From contig NC_045696.1 in assembly GCF_009834535.1 (NCBI RefSeq), positions 97,776,001-97,840,000 on the forward strand: a DNA stretch of 64,000 bases. Reading direction: 5' to 3'. Below the pieces are notes generated by a model that was not told the origin of the DNA, did no database searches, and saw nothing but the letters and a program-made list of their open reading frames with translations. Both the position numbers and the translations under genes were made by a program. This DNA comes from Camelus ferus. Taxonomy: Eukaryota. Shown here in pieces: positions 40,261 through 53,763 of this stretch (its first letter is position 1; the number at the start of each line of letters is the position of its first letter).

Positions 40261-42388
40261 AAGAATGAAGGAAAGAACGAATGAATGACCAAAAGAAAGA
40301 AAGAAAAGAAAGGAAGGAAGGATATAGGATAAAAACTAAATCTAGAAGGATTTACACAAAAAATGTAAACTGTGTTTGATTTGGGTCATGGGTGATCCTT
40401 CTTCCTTTTATACATTTTCCAAGTTTTCTTTGTTATGTTTTACTATTAAAATACTTTTTAAAAATTCATATTTTTGCTATTAAAATTTTTATTATTTTTC
40501 CAAACTTTAAAGGCATATGCTTTTCCCACATAAACATGTGGAAACATGTTTCCAACCTTGGCGATCTGTAAACATCACAGAATAGCACCTTAATCAGTGT
40601 TCAAAGAGGAAAGTAGTGAGGTAGATAAGCCAAAAAAAAGTTGTATATGAATTTATATAATCCAACTGAACTCTTGACATTATTTTCTCACTCCTGGTGA
40701 TGAGTGTGGTGGGCTACAAGACATAGACTTGAAATAAATGAGCAGTTGAGGACATGCTTAATGGGTTAGAGAGAGTGACCATTGACCAGTTGATATCTGT
40801 GTTTTGGGGGGTTACCACTACCTCTATTTATTGAAAAAAAAATTTTAAGTAAAACGTTTATAAATTTTCTACCCATACTTACCATGGCCTCCTGGAGAAC
40901 AGCAGCCAGGTCTTATATTTTGTCATCATCCACAGGACCTAGCACAAAGTGAGCATAAGAGACATTCAACGTTCTACATTGATGCCAGGCGCTCTGCTCT
41001 CTGTGGCTGCTCTGCTGAGCACCAGTCTCCATCATGGGCCCACTGGACCTTAACCATTCTGCCACTTCCCCACCACTCTCCTCCACAGACACAGTCAACA
41101 GTGTTCTACCAATGCCTGCTCTGTGCCAAAGCTGGGCTGTAGTAGCCAGTAGTCTGGAAAATACCTCTTTCTTTTGGTGCCTCCTTTAAGGGAAGTGGCC
41201 CTATCCCCAGCCTTTGCTGAATCAAGCATCTTGAAAGCAAGCCATGCTGGGTACCATGTGACCCCCATGCCCAGTACCTAGCTGACAGAACTGGGACCAT
41301 CATCCAAGCCATGGGCAATCTATTGTCATTCCAGTGGCCAATGATTTAGCCTGAAGTGAAACAGTGTCCCAATGAGATTGGTGGTTATTCTTGCTTGGAA
41401 ATTTGAATTATGAAGCTGTAAATGAAGCAATGAGGACATTACTGTTGGCAACATAATTAAAGGATGAGAAGGGAAACTAACATACAGAGAGTATCTGATT
41501 ACTCTATCAAGCCCATAAACTTACCATATCCAGCATCCTCTTTGTTTACTTCTCTGAAAGACTCCTCAGTCCTCTTGTAAGGCAAGTTGATCCCACCAGT
41601 TTGTCATTAAGACTGTATCAGTCGTGTTTAAATTCAGTTTAGAACCACACATTGAGTGGACTACAAATAGATGTCAGCTGAATGACTCTACCACAGAATT
41701 GGAAACTTGTTTAACAGCAAGACCACAGACAAACTCAGTACAGTGTATCTATCAGAAAATCAAATATTAACACAGCCACCCAAATATTTGTATTTAAAGA
41801 ATGAATGCTTATGATACAATTTTAAGTAAAAATTTGGATACAAATCTCAATGTGCAATTTGAACCCCAAATTTTAAATAACCATATAATTACATGTAGAC
41901 ATGTACAAATCTTCAGATACATAGAAAAAAGACTAGAAAAATAACTAAATATGCATAATTATCTCCTAATGATGAGAGTATATTTCTTTTTTTACATTGG
42001 TCTATATTTTAAAATTTTCCTTTGAAAATTCATTACTTGAGGAATTAGAAAAAACAAATTAGAATAAATAAATCCATTGTATAAAATTCATGTAAGGAGC
42101 TTAAAACAAGAAAGAACTAGACATGAAGCTAGTGATAGTCCTTTTTTTTATCATTTGTAGAAGATACTCTTTCCATTTTTTAAGCCTCACAGAGATTGAG
42201 TATTGCTAACTAATCCTAATTGAGAATGATTTCTATTTTGTTCATTTATGCCCTTATATTTATTATTTCTCTCTTATTTTCCTTGCTTCTTTCTCATTGT
42301 ACTTTTCTTTTCCTGGCTTCTTAAATTGAATGCCTAGCTTATTAATTTTCAAGCTTTCTTCTTTTTTTAAAATAAGTATTTGAGACTA

Positions 42389-43032
42389 TAGTTGTCCCCT
42401 CTTATCTGCAGGAGACATGTTTCAAGACTCCCAATGAAGGCCTGAAACCACGGGTAGTACTGAACCTAGACAGACTGTTTTTTCCTGTACATATAAACTT
42501 ATGATAAAGTTTAATTTACAAATTAGGCACAGTAAGTGATTAACAACAATGCCTAATAATAAAATAAAACAATCATAACAATATATTGTAATAAAAGTTA
42601 CGTGAATGTGATCTCTCTCTCAAAATATCTTACTGTATTATACTCACCCTTCTGCAGCTGCTTGTGATAATATGAGATAATAAAATGCCCACGTGATGCA
42701 ATGAGGTGACTGATGAAGGGACTATGATGCAGACCACATGTCAGAAGGAGCATCATCTGTCTCCCATTAACCTGGATCCTTGAACTGTGATAATGTCATT
42801 GACAATTGGATGTCAGGAGCGGACGGTGTCAATGGCTGGGGATCCCCAGCGAAACAGAGCAGGACAGAGTGTGATTTCTCCATACTGTTCAGAAGGTGTG
42901 CAATTTAAAACTTATTTCACTGAAGTTTTGAATTTTCCATATCAATATTTGAATGGAAATTTCCACTTAATATTTTCACACCTCAGCTGCCTGCAGGTAA
43001 CTGAAACCACAGATAAGAAGGGGACTGACTAC
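42389..43032. mobile_element. MER44/Tigger7-derived DNA transposon with terminal inverted repeats
   Basis: Left end tagttgtcccctcttatctgc...cctgaaaccacgggtagtactgaacc; right end gtaactgaaaccacagataagaaggggactgacta. Confidence 0.8.
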
Positions 43033-45048
43033 TCTATGCATTTTTTTAAGTACCACTTTGGCTGCCTCTCACAAGTTTTAAAATGTCTTTAGCTTGTTAT
43101 TCAGTTATAAATATTTTCTGCTTTTATTTATGATTTATTTTTCAAACTATGAATGTGCTTCAAAATTCCCAAATATATGAGTTTTGGGGTTTTCTTAGGT
43201 TTCCACTTTATATATGTTTTGATCATAGAATGTGGTACATATGATTCAGACTTCAGATCTGAAGTCTGAACATATTCAAGACTTGTTTTATGACTAATAT
43301 TCATGAATGTTCTATGTACTTAAAGATTATGTTTTCTTCAAATATTGGGTGTAGGATTTTTAGACGTGTCCATGAGGTCAAAATATTAATTTTGTTGTTC
43401 AGATCTTCAATATCTTTTTGTTGTTATTGTTTGCTTAATCTAGGGTTTCCATGAGGATTAAATGAGTGTATATATGTACACTAGCTTATATTTATTTATA
43501 TATTATATAGATAACTTTATATTATATAATATACATTTATATGTAAATTTATATTACATATCTAAAATAGTGTTTGGCACATGGATGAGATTTATAAGTG
43601 GTCTAAACATAGTGGTATAAAGATGGACTCTGGAGTCAAATTGCTGAGATTCATTCTGGGCTCTGCCTTATTAGCTGGGTGACCCTGGTCAAGTTTACTT
43701 AACTTCTCTGTGCCTCAGTTTCTGAATCTGTAAAACAGGAATAATCATAGAGTTTTGGGGAAGATTAAGTGAGTTAGTACATATAAATTTCTTAGAATCA
43801 TGGTGACAAATCTGAATCCAGGTGCAGTTGGAGCAGATTTGAAACGGCTGGACTTGGTAATGTGACAAAAGCAGCAGAAGGGGAAGGGGATGGACGGAAG
43901 TCACAAGGTCAGAGGGACAGCACAGGGTCAGGAGTTTGTGGAGAGAACGCAGGCAAAGATAAGAGGTGGGCATCGCTAGGCCGGATAAAGTGCAGGAGAG
44001 GCCAGCACCTCCTTTCATCACACGCCCGGAGACTGGGAACATAATAGCCATCACACTCAGGTTCTGAAACACCTGCATCTCACTGAAAAGTTACAAGGAA
44101 CAGGGGCAATTCAAGGTCACTTTTATGAAAAATGCTACTTATTTTCAGAAAGACTCTTGCCACTTTCTGTTTCTTGCTTTGTCAGATGAAGCTGGGAATC
44201 AGGGACAAAAGTCCAGTCCTGGCAGGAAACCAAGGCAAAGAGTCAAGCCTGAGGGTGTGTAATTGGGCAGGGGAGGAAGTTACACAAACCTGACCACCAG
44301 GTCAGAGTCAACTCGTGCCTGACCCAAGGAACACAAGCAATTCAAATTAAATGGTTTATCTGGGTTAATATGAAAACACACACGTGCATACAAGTGTACA
44401 TACGTACACATACATGCACACATCTAATTTCACTGCTGCCTAAAATCACATTACATTTACAATAAAAGTTTTTTTAAGAAAAAATATGGGGAAATTAGGG
44501 GAGGAGGCAACAGCAATAAAATTTTGGAAGCTACGAAACATACTGATGAGATGTAACTCACAAAAACAACTCAAGAAATAAGAAAATCCTAAGCTATCAC
44601 TGGGGGAAACTGAGGAAGCCTGATTTATACCTCGGAGTTCTCAAAAGACTCTCAAATGGATAGCACCGGATTCCTCTGGAACTGGAAGTAAAGGAAGACC
44701 ACTGAGACAAGAAGGATTGGGTGAGTCCCTGTATCTCTTCTCCTCTCTGTGCCACTGAGAAGCAGCAGAAGTCTGAAAGTTTATCCTCTGGAAAGGGTAA
44801 AATGGCGAGTCTCTGAATTGGAGAGAACCAGATTCACCAAAGATATAACTACTGCACCAAAACCAGAGAGATTAAGTGACTGGTCCATCTTGAACGATGA
44901 ATGCTAGGGCACACTCACCCCCAAGCCCTCTCTACCCACTTGCATGTCCGAATGCTGGCGGCCAGAATTTTACTTTCCAAGTGGGAGCCTTTTTCAGTGT
45001 CTGGCCAGGGAGTCTGGCCAGTGCAAGAGGGAAAGTCTAGATACTTGC

Positions 45049-45510
45049 TGTGGCAGGCTAAATAACGCCCCACCAAATGCCCAGGCCCCAACCCCTGAAG
45101 CATGTGAATATGCTGCCTTGAAATGGACTTTGCACGTGTGATTAAATTAAGGCTCTTAAAATGAGGAGATTATCCTGGATAATGCAGATGAGTCTAATGT
45201 AGTCACAAGGGAGGCAAGAGTTTCAGATTCAGAGAGAAGATGTAAGAACAGAAACGGGAATCAGAGAGGAGAGAAGTGTCTATACTGCCGGCTCTGAGGA
45301 TGGAGGAGGGGGATCAGTCAAGGAAAGCAGGTAGTCAGTGGAAAGTGGAAAAGTCAAGGGAACAGATTCTTGTCTAGAGCCTCCAAAAGGAAGCCAGGCC
45401 TGCCAAAATCTTGGTTTTAGTCCAGGGAAACTGATTTTGGACTTTTGTTCTCCAAAACTGTAAGTCAGTAAATTTGTCTGTGATCCTTTGTCACAGTAGG
45501 AAACTATTAT
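45049..45510 (+). mobile_element. MLT1C/D-like LTR
   Basis: tgtggcaggctaaataacgcccc...tgtgaatatg...ggactttgca...attatcctggat...ctagagcctcca...aactgtaag...aggaaacta. Confidence 0.8.
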
Positions 45511-45584
45511 AGTGATACATGAAATTCATTAATAAGGGGTTCACTCATTTCACCCAGCAGTGAAGTTCAGAGCCAAGAAGCCAT

Positions 45585-45627
45585 ACACACACACACACAC
45601 ACACACACTCTCTCTCTCTCTCTCTCA
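45585..45627. repeat. Compound (CA)n(CT)n microsatellite
   Basis: acacacac...ctctctct seen directly. Confidence 0.9.
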
Positions 45628-45718
45628 CTCAGTTCCAATCACCTCTTCCCTCCGTTCATTACCATCGGCAGATACACAAGGACCCCCGATGTAAGCCTCC
45701 TACATGAAAGACAGAGGC

Positions 45719-46306
45719 TGCTGCCGAAAGATCGGCCCCCGTCCCTGACGAGCCAAGTAACCTAGAGACAAGGTCCTGGAGCTTAGAAGAAATGAGGCAG
45801 CTTTATTGCTTTGCCAGGCGAAGGGGACTCACAGAGGGCTAGTGCCTTCAAACCTGTGAACCCACCTTGGGGATGGGGTGGGGTGGTGGTATAGCTTAAG
45901 CGAAAACAACAATCAACAGAATCATTTATCTTGTCACAAGATTTCTTGACGTCAGGACGTCCTTGGGCAACAGTTCTATAGAGACTGGTAGTTGTAACTT
46001 TTCCAATCTTTTCATCTTGTAAACACCTGTGGCATGTTTCTCTTTTTGACAAATCAGCCTATTTTGCAGGACTACAGTTCCGTGACCTTCCTGGAGAACG
46101 ACTCAGGATCTAAACATGATTATAAGTTTTAATTGCTACCATAAAGCAGAAAACAACAAAATCAATAACTTCAGCTGTAACAATGGGCCCGGGGCTGGGA
46201 GCAGTGACCGGTCGGTCAGGTTTGCTGACTATCCCAAAAGCAAGCCCCAAGCATAAAGCTGAGGGTTAGTTAGCCTAAGTGTGGCCATTTTACTATTCCT
46301 CCTTCA
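45719..46306 (-). mobile_element. ERV1-like solo LTR, 588 bp
   Basis: TG...CA termini; 4-bp flanks aggc/agac; minus-strand AATAAA (tttatt at 45802-45807); many CpGs retained. Confidence 0.7.
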
Positions 46307-49300
46307 AGACCAAAACAAATTTAAATAAAAACCAGTTTGGAGGAAACAAATTTGAAGAAAAGAAAACTTAAAACAATAAAACAAGTATCATTCATTCCTC
46401 AGAAAGATAAGGGAAGATTCTGTGTTCATGAAAAAAGATGAGAATGTTATTTAAAAAGGAACATTCATAGAACAAAAACAAAGAACTCTTGGGAATAAAA
46501 AATAAGTTAGCATAAACAAAAAACACTCAGCAGAAATTTGGTACTTGATGTCAAGGAATCACTCAGAGACTAGAGCAAAAAGAATAAGATATATCTTCTT
46601 TTAATGGAACAAAAACTAAGAAAAAGAGAACCAGTCAGTCTGAGAAGTTCAATACTAAACAACAAGAATTTCTAGAAAGAGGGAACAGAGAAAACGAAGG
46701 GCAGAAGTCATTGTAAGTCTAGAACATTTCATGAAACGGAAGAGCACAAGTATCCAGATGGAAAGAATATACAAATGAAGTTTAAAGCCCCCAACTGAAA
46801 GCGGATACTACTACACGTTTCCAGAGAAAAAAGAACAGGTCACATAGAAAGTATAAGGAATCATATTGGCTTTAAACTTCTGAACAGCTGGATTGGACAA
46901 AGACTACGGAGCAACGGCTTTTAAATTCTCAAAGAAATTATTTCTGTGATACGTGGTACTTTCTCGTGAGTCAGTTCTCAAAAAATCCCCCTTCCAAGGA
47001 AGCTACTGGAGAATGCACTCCACTAAAATGAAAGAATTCGTCTTCCTGCAGGAAGAGGAAGAAATAGCATTCAGAAAACAGGAAATAGAACATGGGAGAG
47101 AGATTAGGGGCATCCCCAGAAAGAAGGGAAGGAATGTTCCAAAGTAGTATCTGTTCATCACGCGTGAACAGACCACTGGAGCAGAGTAACTTGAGAGACA
47201 GAAATGCCAAGCGTAGTCACCACCAGAGCCCTGCTGCCAGCGCACTACCCTTTTAACCTTAGGACAGTAGATTTTTATCGGCTGGCTGGGATTTTTATCT
47301 GTCTTTGGTTTGGCTTAACCACAGGCTGATGACGCTCCTGCAATTCCTTCTGTTCCCCGTTTGCATCGTCTGAGGACACTTACTTCCCTCCTGAGAGCTG
47401 GAGGTGGGCCCTGGGGCCAGACTTGTGACCTAGAGACTTTCAGGTTCTCTTCTTCCAGCAACATTCATCCAACAGTGGCACAGTCACCCCTTCTGAACAC
47501 AAACAGGTTTATGCTGGCTGTTAGTTTTTCCTTCAGAAATAAACAATACATTGTTTAGGGATAGATAAGCCAGGTCAAATCTTAAAATGATACAGAAAAG
47601 AGCAATTTACTTTCCAAAGGATGAGCTGTGTCCACCAAGGTAGATTCCAGTGTCACCCTGGCTGTTCCTGGATCTTTAAAAATCAGTTGCGGATTTTGTA
47701 CAAAATGTTACACTGAAAGTCTTGGGAAATTCTAGCTCAAGGCAAACCCCAAGCACAGCAGCCCAGAAACTTGCATTAATATTGAGGTCTTTACCTCATT
47801 CTCCAAACTTTGTCAGCTAGCTTCTGTGTAACCCAGATCTGGTCCTGTGTGTCCCTCCATGTGCCCTCGGATGTTTGAGCGCCTGTAGGGACTCTGGTGG
47901 TGGTAGAATTCATAACTTGTCACTCTAGGCACTAAGGTTAATATATTTCTTTAAAGATGTTGAAAGAAATTTATTTTGATCTGTAGACATTTTCACGATA
48001 GGGTCATGGTTCCAAAGAGTTGTAGGATCTTATCCTCTGGAATTGCCCTGAAATAATTTTTACTGTCTTTCAAGATGGCAAACATTCATCCACTGAAGAT
48101 GGGTTGTTTTTAGTAATGCAATAAGTAAACAAGCGGGGCCATATATTTGAGGGCACAGATGAGATGGGAGGTTTATGTCCGTGCCTGGACATCTTTTACT
48201 TGTGGCTGCACCATCACCCGCAGGCCCTCTTTAGTCATTATACCTCCCGATTGTATAATGTCATTACCCCCTTAGCAATTAGGAAAAGCAAGTATGTAGA
48301 AGTTCTCCATTAGCATTTGCTGAATGTTGAATACATGAATGAAACTATGACTATACTGACTTTCATTCACATACAGTGAAGTCAAGGTGGCTCACAGTTG
48401 ATAAATAAAGAAGGCAAAAAACTTTTTTTTTCCCAGCCCAATTATCTTTATTGATCTTGCTGTTTTATATCTCAGTATTTCTGGCCAGCTGAGTATCTCG
48501 AAGCTGTACAAGAGTCCTGATCTATTCCTAACAGCAGGAGTTGGGGCTGTGCTAGATTTGATTAATCTGGCTGTTTAAAATTACTCTGTTTTCTTTGAAG
48601 TACATTCATTTACAAAATCACTCTTTGTTCATCCTTAAAGACACAGGAGACTTGGATAGGCAGGACTAGCCAGCAATGTATTGCCATGGAAAAAAAAAAA
48701 GCTTTCTCATGCACAGCTGTGCGTATTTCCCTCTGAAAATAGGAAGCAGGAATGTTACCAAGAATCTGCGAAATGATGCGCACAGGGCCAGCCACTAGTT
48801 CCTGGTTCCACCCAGTCGTTGACTGATAACTTAGTCTGAAAACCATCTGCAAACGAGGTAAAAGAGTGAAGCACAGTGACCATTTTGTGGATGCAAAGGA
48901 CTCTTAAAAATAATCTGGCACAACAACTCATAATGAAGAGGAAATGCCCGAGGTACAGAGAGGTGACCAACTTCAAACACCACTGTTTCAAAAGACAAAG
49001 CTACTGAGAGTAATGTAGGAAGGGAAAGCCAGGACTGCAAACATGACTTCCCTATTGATGAGGCATAAAATATAACATTACCTAAGAAAAAGTGCTCCCC
49101 ACCCCACCCCCACTTCCCCAGAATGGAAGCCAGTCCTAGTCATTTGTTGAGAAGAAAACAAATGAACAATGAACGAGTACTAACACTATTTTTGTTGTCT
49201 AGGGGGAGGATGCTAATTTCCCTTGAATGCCTACAGTGTGTCAGGCTGGATAAGGTCCTCACAGGAGCCCTGAGGTTTAATTACTATTATTACTCTCATG

Positions 49301-51105
49301 TTACAGATAGGAAGGGACTGGGGTTCTGAATGATCATGCAACTCATCCCAAATCACATAGCTAGTAACGAGTGGAGTGGGTTCTGGAGGTAGATCTGTTT
49401 GACGTGAATACATGAGACTTCTTTGAATTTATTGTGGTACTTATTGAGGGAAAAAATGCCAGCTGAATAGTCTTCTGTTATGTACAATCCAGAGCAAGAT
49501 TAATGTTCCTGGAAGGAAGAGATGGATGGGAAATCATAGGATTTGGGAATAAAGGGACATTTGAAAGCCCACTTTAAGGGATCCTGCCCCCCTGCCTGAT
49601 GAGTAGATCCTTCTACAGCAGCTGGTTGAGGCCACAGTGATGGAAAAGGTATAAGGTTCCATCATAAACAGAGCAAAATCTGTGAGATGGTAGCATCCGA
49701 CTCTTCCAATCCAGCTGGGTCTCCTCTTGAGGCCAGAGACCCCATCCTTAACTCCTCTCTTGTGAAACCCGCCATGTCTGACCTGGATCTTTCCTCCCCT
49801 TTCAGCTGTTTCCCAAAGGGTTCCAGATGTGAATCCCTTCCTCGAGGTTCTCCTGTGGTCGAATTCTCCACCTACCGTGGTCCCTCCAGGCCTAGCTTTT
49901 CTGAATTTCTTCCAATATCTGCCTGTGACATAAAAATCCACCAAGGCAGTGGGCTGTTTCCCTAACTTCCTCTTAAAACTCACCAAAGGACTCACAAATG
50001 TGAAAACGTTGTGATATGACAGCCGAGACGTTTTGGCCTGTGTTAGATTTAATAACTGTTGCTTATAAGGAAGATGTATAGCCTCATTATTTTTTAATGC
50101 AAAAAAGAAAAAAAAAAGCAAATATGTGGTTGATTTTTAAAATCAGATAATATGGAAATACATTTTATTTATAAAATTTTAATATAATAATCCTCTCTCT
50201 TCCTCTCAGAGCTGTTTTTAGTTTGTTATGTATCCTTTGGGGCATTTCCTTAAGTATGCATTTTTTTTCGTGAATATTATTATGACCATTTATTTTCAAT
50301 TTTGAATTAAAGCTTTAAAATACCAAGCTTTCTGTGTATTGTCAATAGCATTTATATACAACATCATTGAATTAAGTATGCATACTTATCTGTATGAATA
50401 CCCAGAAAAAAATACACTTGATTCTGTGCATTTTAAAAAATAAATGAATTACATTCATAATAGAAAAAATAAGCTGCAATTAAAATGAAAGACGTAGACT
50501 TCTAGGTAGTGATATGTGGATGTCTCTAAGACATGCAGTCGAGGAATAAAAGCCAAGCTGCAGAACAATACCTGCCATATTTATGCTGCCTTAGTATTTC
50601 TAACTGTGGCTTACTCAACCTAAATCAGAGTGCCACTCTGACTGCTGAAACCACTGCGGCTTTCAAGTTGAAAAGTCTCAAACAATCCCTAATCATAATA
50701 GATACCCCCGTATGCAGCGATGCAGAGGTCAATGGCAGATAAAGACGCCTCCTCCTTGTCTCACTTGTGGTCACCCTGACGAAGGCACTCTATTTGTTCC
50801 CCCAAATTTAACATTTATCTCTTGATATCTCTAGGTGATACACGGAACAAAAAGAAATGGTCCTTAATCTATTGGAGTTACAATCTATTAGGGGGTCAAT
50901 AAAATACCACATAAAAATCTAAACAGTACAAAATCGTGTGCAGTTAATTGCCAGGCCTTGATCTAGCTAGTTAAAACCGAAGACAGTTATTAGCTCGATT
51001 CATTAAATATTAACTAGCTTGTCTGGTTTTTAGAAAATGGTAATTGGCCTTGCACTTTGCTCTTGCAAAATTGCATACTCTCAAAGCTTCACGTGGCTTG
51101 GACGG

Positions 51106-51258
51106 TGTATCAAAATGCTCCCTTCCCAGCCCACCCCACCCCAATATGGATAGTATCTCTGACATATGAGTCTTTTTTTTTCTTTCCTTTTTTCTTTTTA
51201 TTTTTTGATTTACAGTATTCTATTGGTTTCTGGTGTACAGCATAGTAATTCAATTGTG

Positions 51259-51289
<31 letters not shown>

Positions 51290-51848
51290 ACACATACTCT
51301 TTTTCATACGGGTTATTGAATAGAGTTCTCTGTGCTACAAAGTAGGTCCTTGTTGTTTATCTATTCTGTACATGGTCGTTTGTATCCATGTAAGTCTTAA
51401 GATGTGAGTTCCAGTTGTTTTTCAAGAACTCAGAATCAGTTCTCATCCATTTCACACCAGTTAAGACCGCTTCAACTGGGCCTGCTGGAGTGTCTGATAG
51501 GTGACCTCTTGATATCAGAGGGCCAAAATGCCTCCCTCAGAACATGTTGATGCCACCATTTTCTGAACACGTGTCCCATGAAGAAGCATGTAGCTCATTT
51601 GCACCTGCGCAGAATGATGGTTACTTCACCTGTTTCCTGCCGCCAGCCACCTTTCCCCATGCCTCAAACTACCCTGCTTCTGTATCCCATAAATATCCCA
51701 AGCCTCTCGCTTTTGGGAAGGTGGATTTGAGACCTGCCCTCCCATCTCCTCGCTTGGCTACCTTGAGAATAAATCTTTTCTCTGCTGCATACCTTGGTAT
51801 CTAAGGGTTTGACTTGCTGGTCAGGCAAAAGATCTTGACTCAGTAACA
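51106..51848 (+). mobile_element. ERV1 LTR (MER34/MER39-like) interrupted by an antisense L1 tail (about 51173-51385)
   Basis: cataaatatcccaagcctc..., aataaatcttttctctgctgca..., ends cagtaaca; the L1 piece is flanked by atatgagtctt/atgtaagtctt. Confidence 0.65.
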
Positions 51849-52217
51849 TGGTGAACTGAGAGAGAGGGGGATGTCTGTAGACTAGACAAGACTGGAGATG
51901 ATTCAGGAACAGATAACAATTGTTAGGGGATGATGGATGATCCGAGCAGCCCATCTAACAAGTAATTCAAGGAAGCTCCAAACTCGCAATGTACACTGGA
52001 TCAAGAGCCAATATTGTGTGTGTTGTGCAACATTTTACCTGGCCTGACGAATGAAAAATAAATGCATTTGGAATGTAAATGACATAGATGAAGTGCATGA
52101 AGAACTCTTATGCAACCCTGATTTATGTAAAGGAACACAAATAAAGGAAGAAGGTGTAGATTTTAAATGGAAGGCAAGCATCACTCAGGTAGCCTCTCCA
52201 AGCCTCAAGGTTTGAGC

Positions 52218-52369
52218 ATGAATGTCCTTTTACCACTGACCTTTCTGGGTTTTAGTAGTTCCCCAGGTCGGACAATAGATAGGCACTACAACATAGGCGT
52301 TAAAGAAACTGCTTGGAAATATGCTCCTACCGGTACAAACATGCTCAACAGGAAGTCTGTTTCAGATCA
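52218..52369 (+). pseudogene. CPHL1P: CPHL1 exon 1 (signal-peptide-like N-terminus; frame open)
   Basis: MNVLLPLTFLGFSSSPGRTIDRHYNIGVKETAWKYAPTGTNMLNRKSVSD(Q), compare CP HYYIGIIETTWDYA; donor gtaagt at 52370, phase 2. Confidence 0.88.
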
Positions 52370-53192
52370 GTAAGTAATACCTTTGCACTGAAACAGTTGC
52401 TATTAGAAACAAACGTTGGTATTTGTTACTTATTGATAAAATGCTGCTGAAGAATTTTCCATGATTGACCTTTTAAGGGTATATTTGCTATTAGAACCAG
52501 TTCTTTTGATTTTTTTTAGTATAAGCATGACATGGAAGACAGCCATTAATAGAAATCAGAAATTGCTCCTTCTGGGGATTATTGCCTTTCTTGCCTTCAT
52601 GACACATTATTTTAGGGACCATCTCTAACTCTGTGTTTGTCACTGATTCTGTATGAGTGGTCCTCGACATGTAAAACAACACTTTTCTACTGATACGGAA
52701 TCAATGGCAGAGGTTGTAAAATTGTAGCTCTCTTCTTGATTCCTTGATTCCTGTGTTCAGATCACTGGGTGAGGAAATCTAGAGGTTATGGGTGGGGGGA
52801 GAGGGTTTGATATACTATGTTTGTCTGCCAAAATGCCCCAGTTCTACCAGCAAATACACAAATTATTTAAATGTGTAAACAATCCTGAATTGTAGGAATT
52901 GATCTAACCTCAAAGTGGGGTTAGAAGCCATTTTGTGGTTTAGCACAAAGAACGTGGTAAGTCTTTTAAACCAAAATGCCACACGTATTACCTGCTACAC
53001 TGCATTTGACCTCTTCACCAGACCCTCCAACCTTCTTGTCTACTACACTACTTTTGATTCCCTCTAGATTTTCTTCAGTGTCTGGGTTTTCTCTGTAAAA
53101 TTAGGCTGTAAAGCTTCTCACATCTAGTTTCAGTTGATTTAACACCGTTTTCTTTCCAGTCAAAATTTGTTAAAGTTCTCTGTTTTTTACAG

Positions 53193-53444
53193 AGAGTTTC
53201 AGTCACAAATATATCTACAACAAAACCAAGATAGGACAGGACCTGTTTATTAAAAAAGCTTTGTATTTTGAGTATACGGATGACACATTTCAAACGGTCA
53301 TTGAAAAACCATCCTGCTTGGGATTTTTAGGTCCAATAATTAAGGCAGAGATTGGAGACTTCATTTATATACATGCGAAAAATTTTGCTAAAAGAATGTA
53401 CAGTTTCCATCCTCACGGACTCACCTACACTAAATAAAATGAAG
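53193..53444 (+). pseudogene. CPHL1P: CPHL1 exon 2 (+1 frameshift and nonsense codon)
   Basis: [83 protein letters not shown]; extra T at 53251; TAA at 53435-37. Confidence 0.93.
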
Positions 53445-53623
53445 GTAAGTGTGTCCCCTTTCCTTACATTCCTGAGCTTTTGCTGATGAAGAGTTTGAGC
53501 CCAATGCCTCAGGAGAAGCAAGGTAACCATGAACCTGTCAGCACGGTGAGCTAGGAGGGGTCTGGGGTGAATGCAGACTCTTACTTCAGATGTCTTTAAT
53601 GTTTATGTCCAAGAAAGTTCTTC

Positions 53624-53763
53624 TTTTTCCTTTTCTTTTTTTTTTTTTTTTTTTGAGGGGTGGGTAATTAGGTTTATTTATTTTTAATGATGGTGCTGGG
53701 GATTGAACCTATGATCTCGTGCATGTTAGGCACACACTCTACCACCAAGCTATACCCTCCCCA
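53624..53763 (-). mobile_element. Vic-1-like SINE with 15-bp TSD in CPHL1 intron 2
   Basis: polyT tail plus antisense tRNA-like head; ccaagaaagttcttc (53609-23) / ccaagacagttcttc (53764-78). Confidence 0.85.

Larger units (their letters stand above)
44480..47200 (+). mobile_element. Ancient HAL1/L1 ORF1-like remnant hosting nested LTRs
   Basis: A-rich ORF1-like text (agaaagataagggaagat...aaaaggaacattca...ggctttaaacttct...ttttaaattctcaaagaaatta). Confidence 0.5.

Noticed and set aside
49534..50121. Overlapping 195-aa (-) and 92-aa (+) ORFs
   Set aside because: No recognisable family, splice context or polyA/TSD; possibly an ancient CR1/L3 remnant, which I cannot support.
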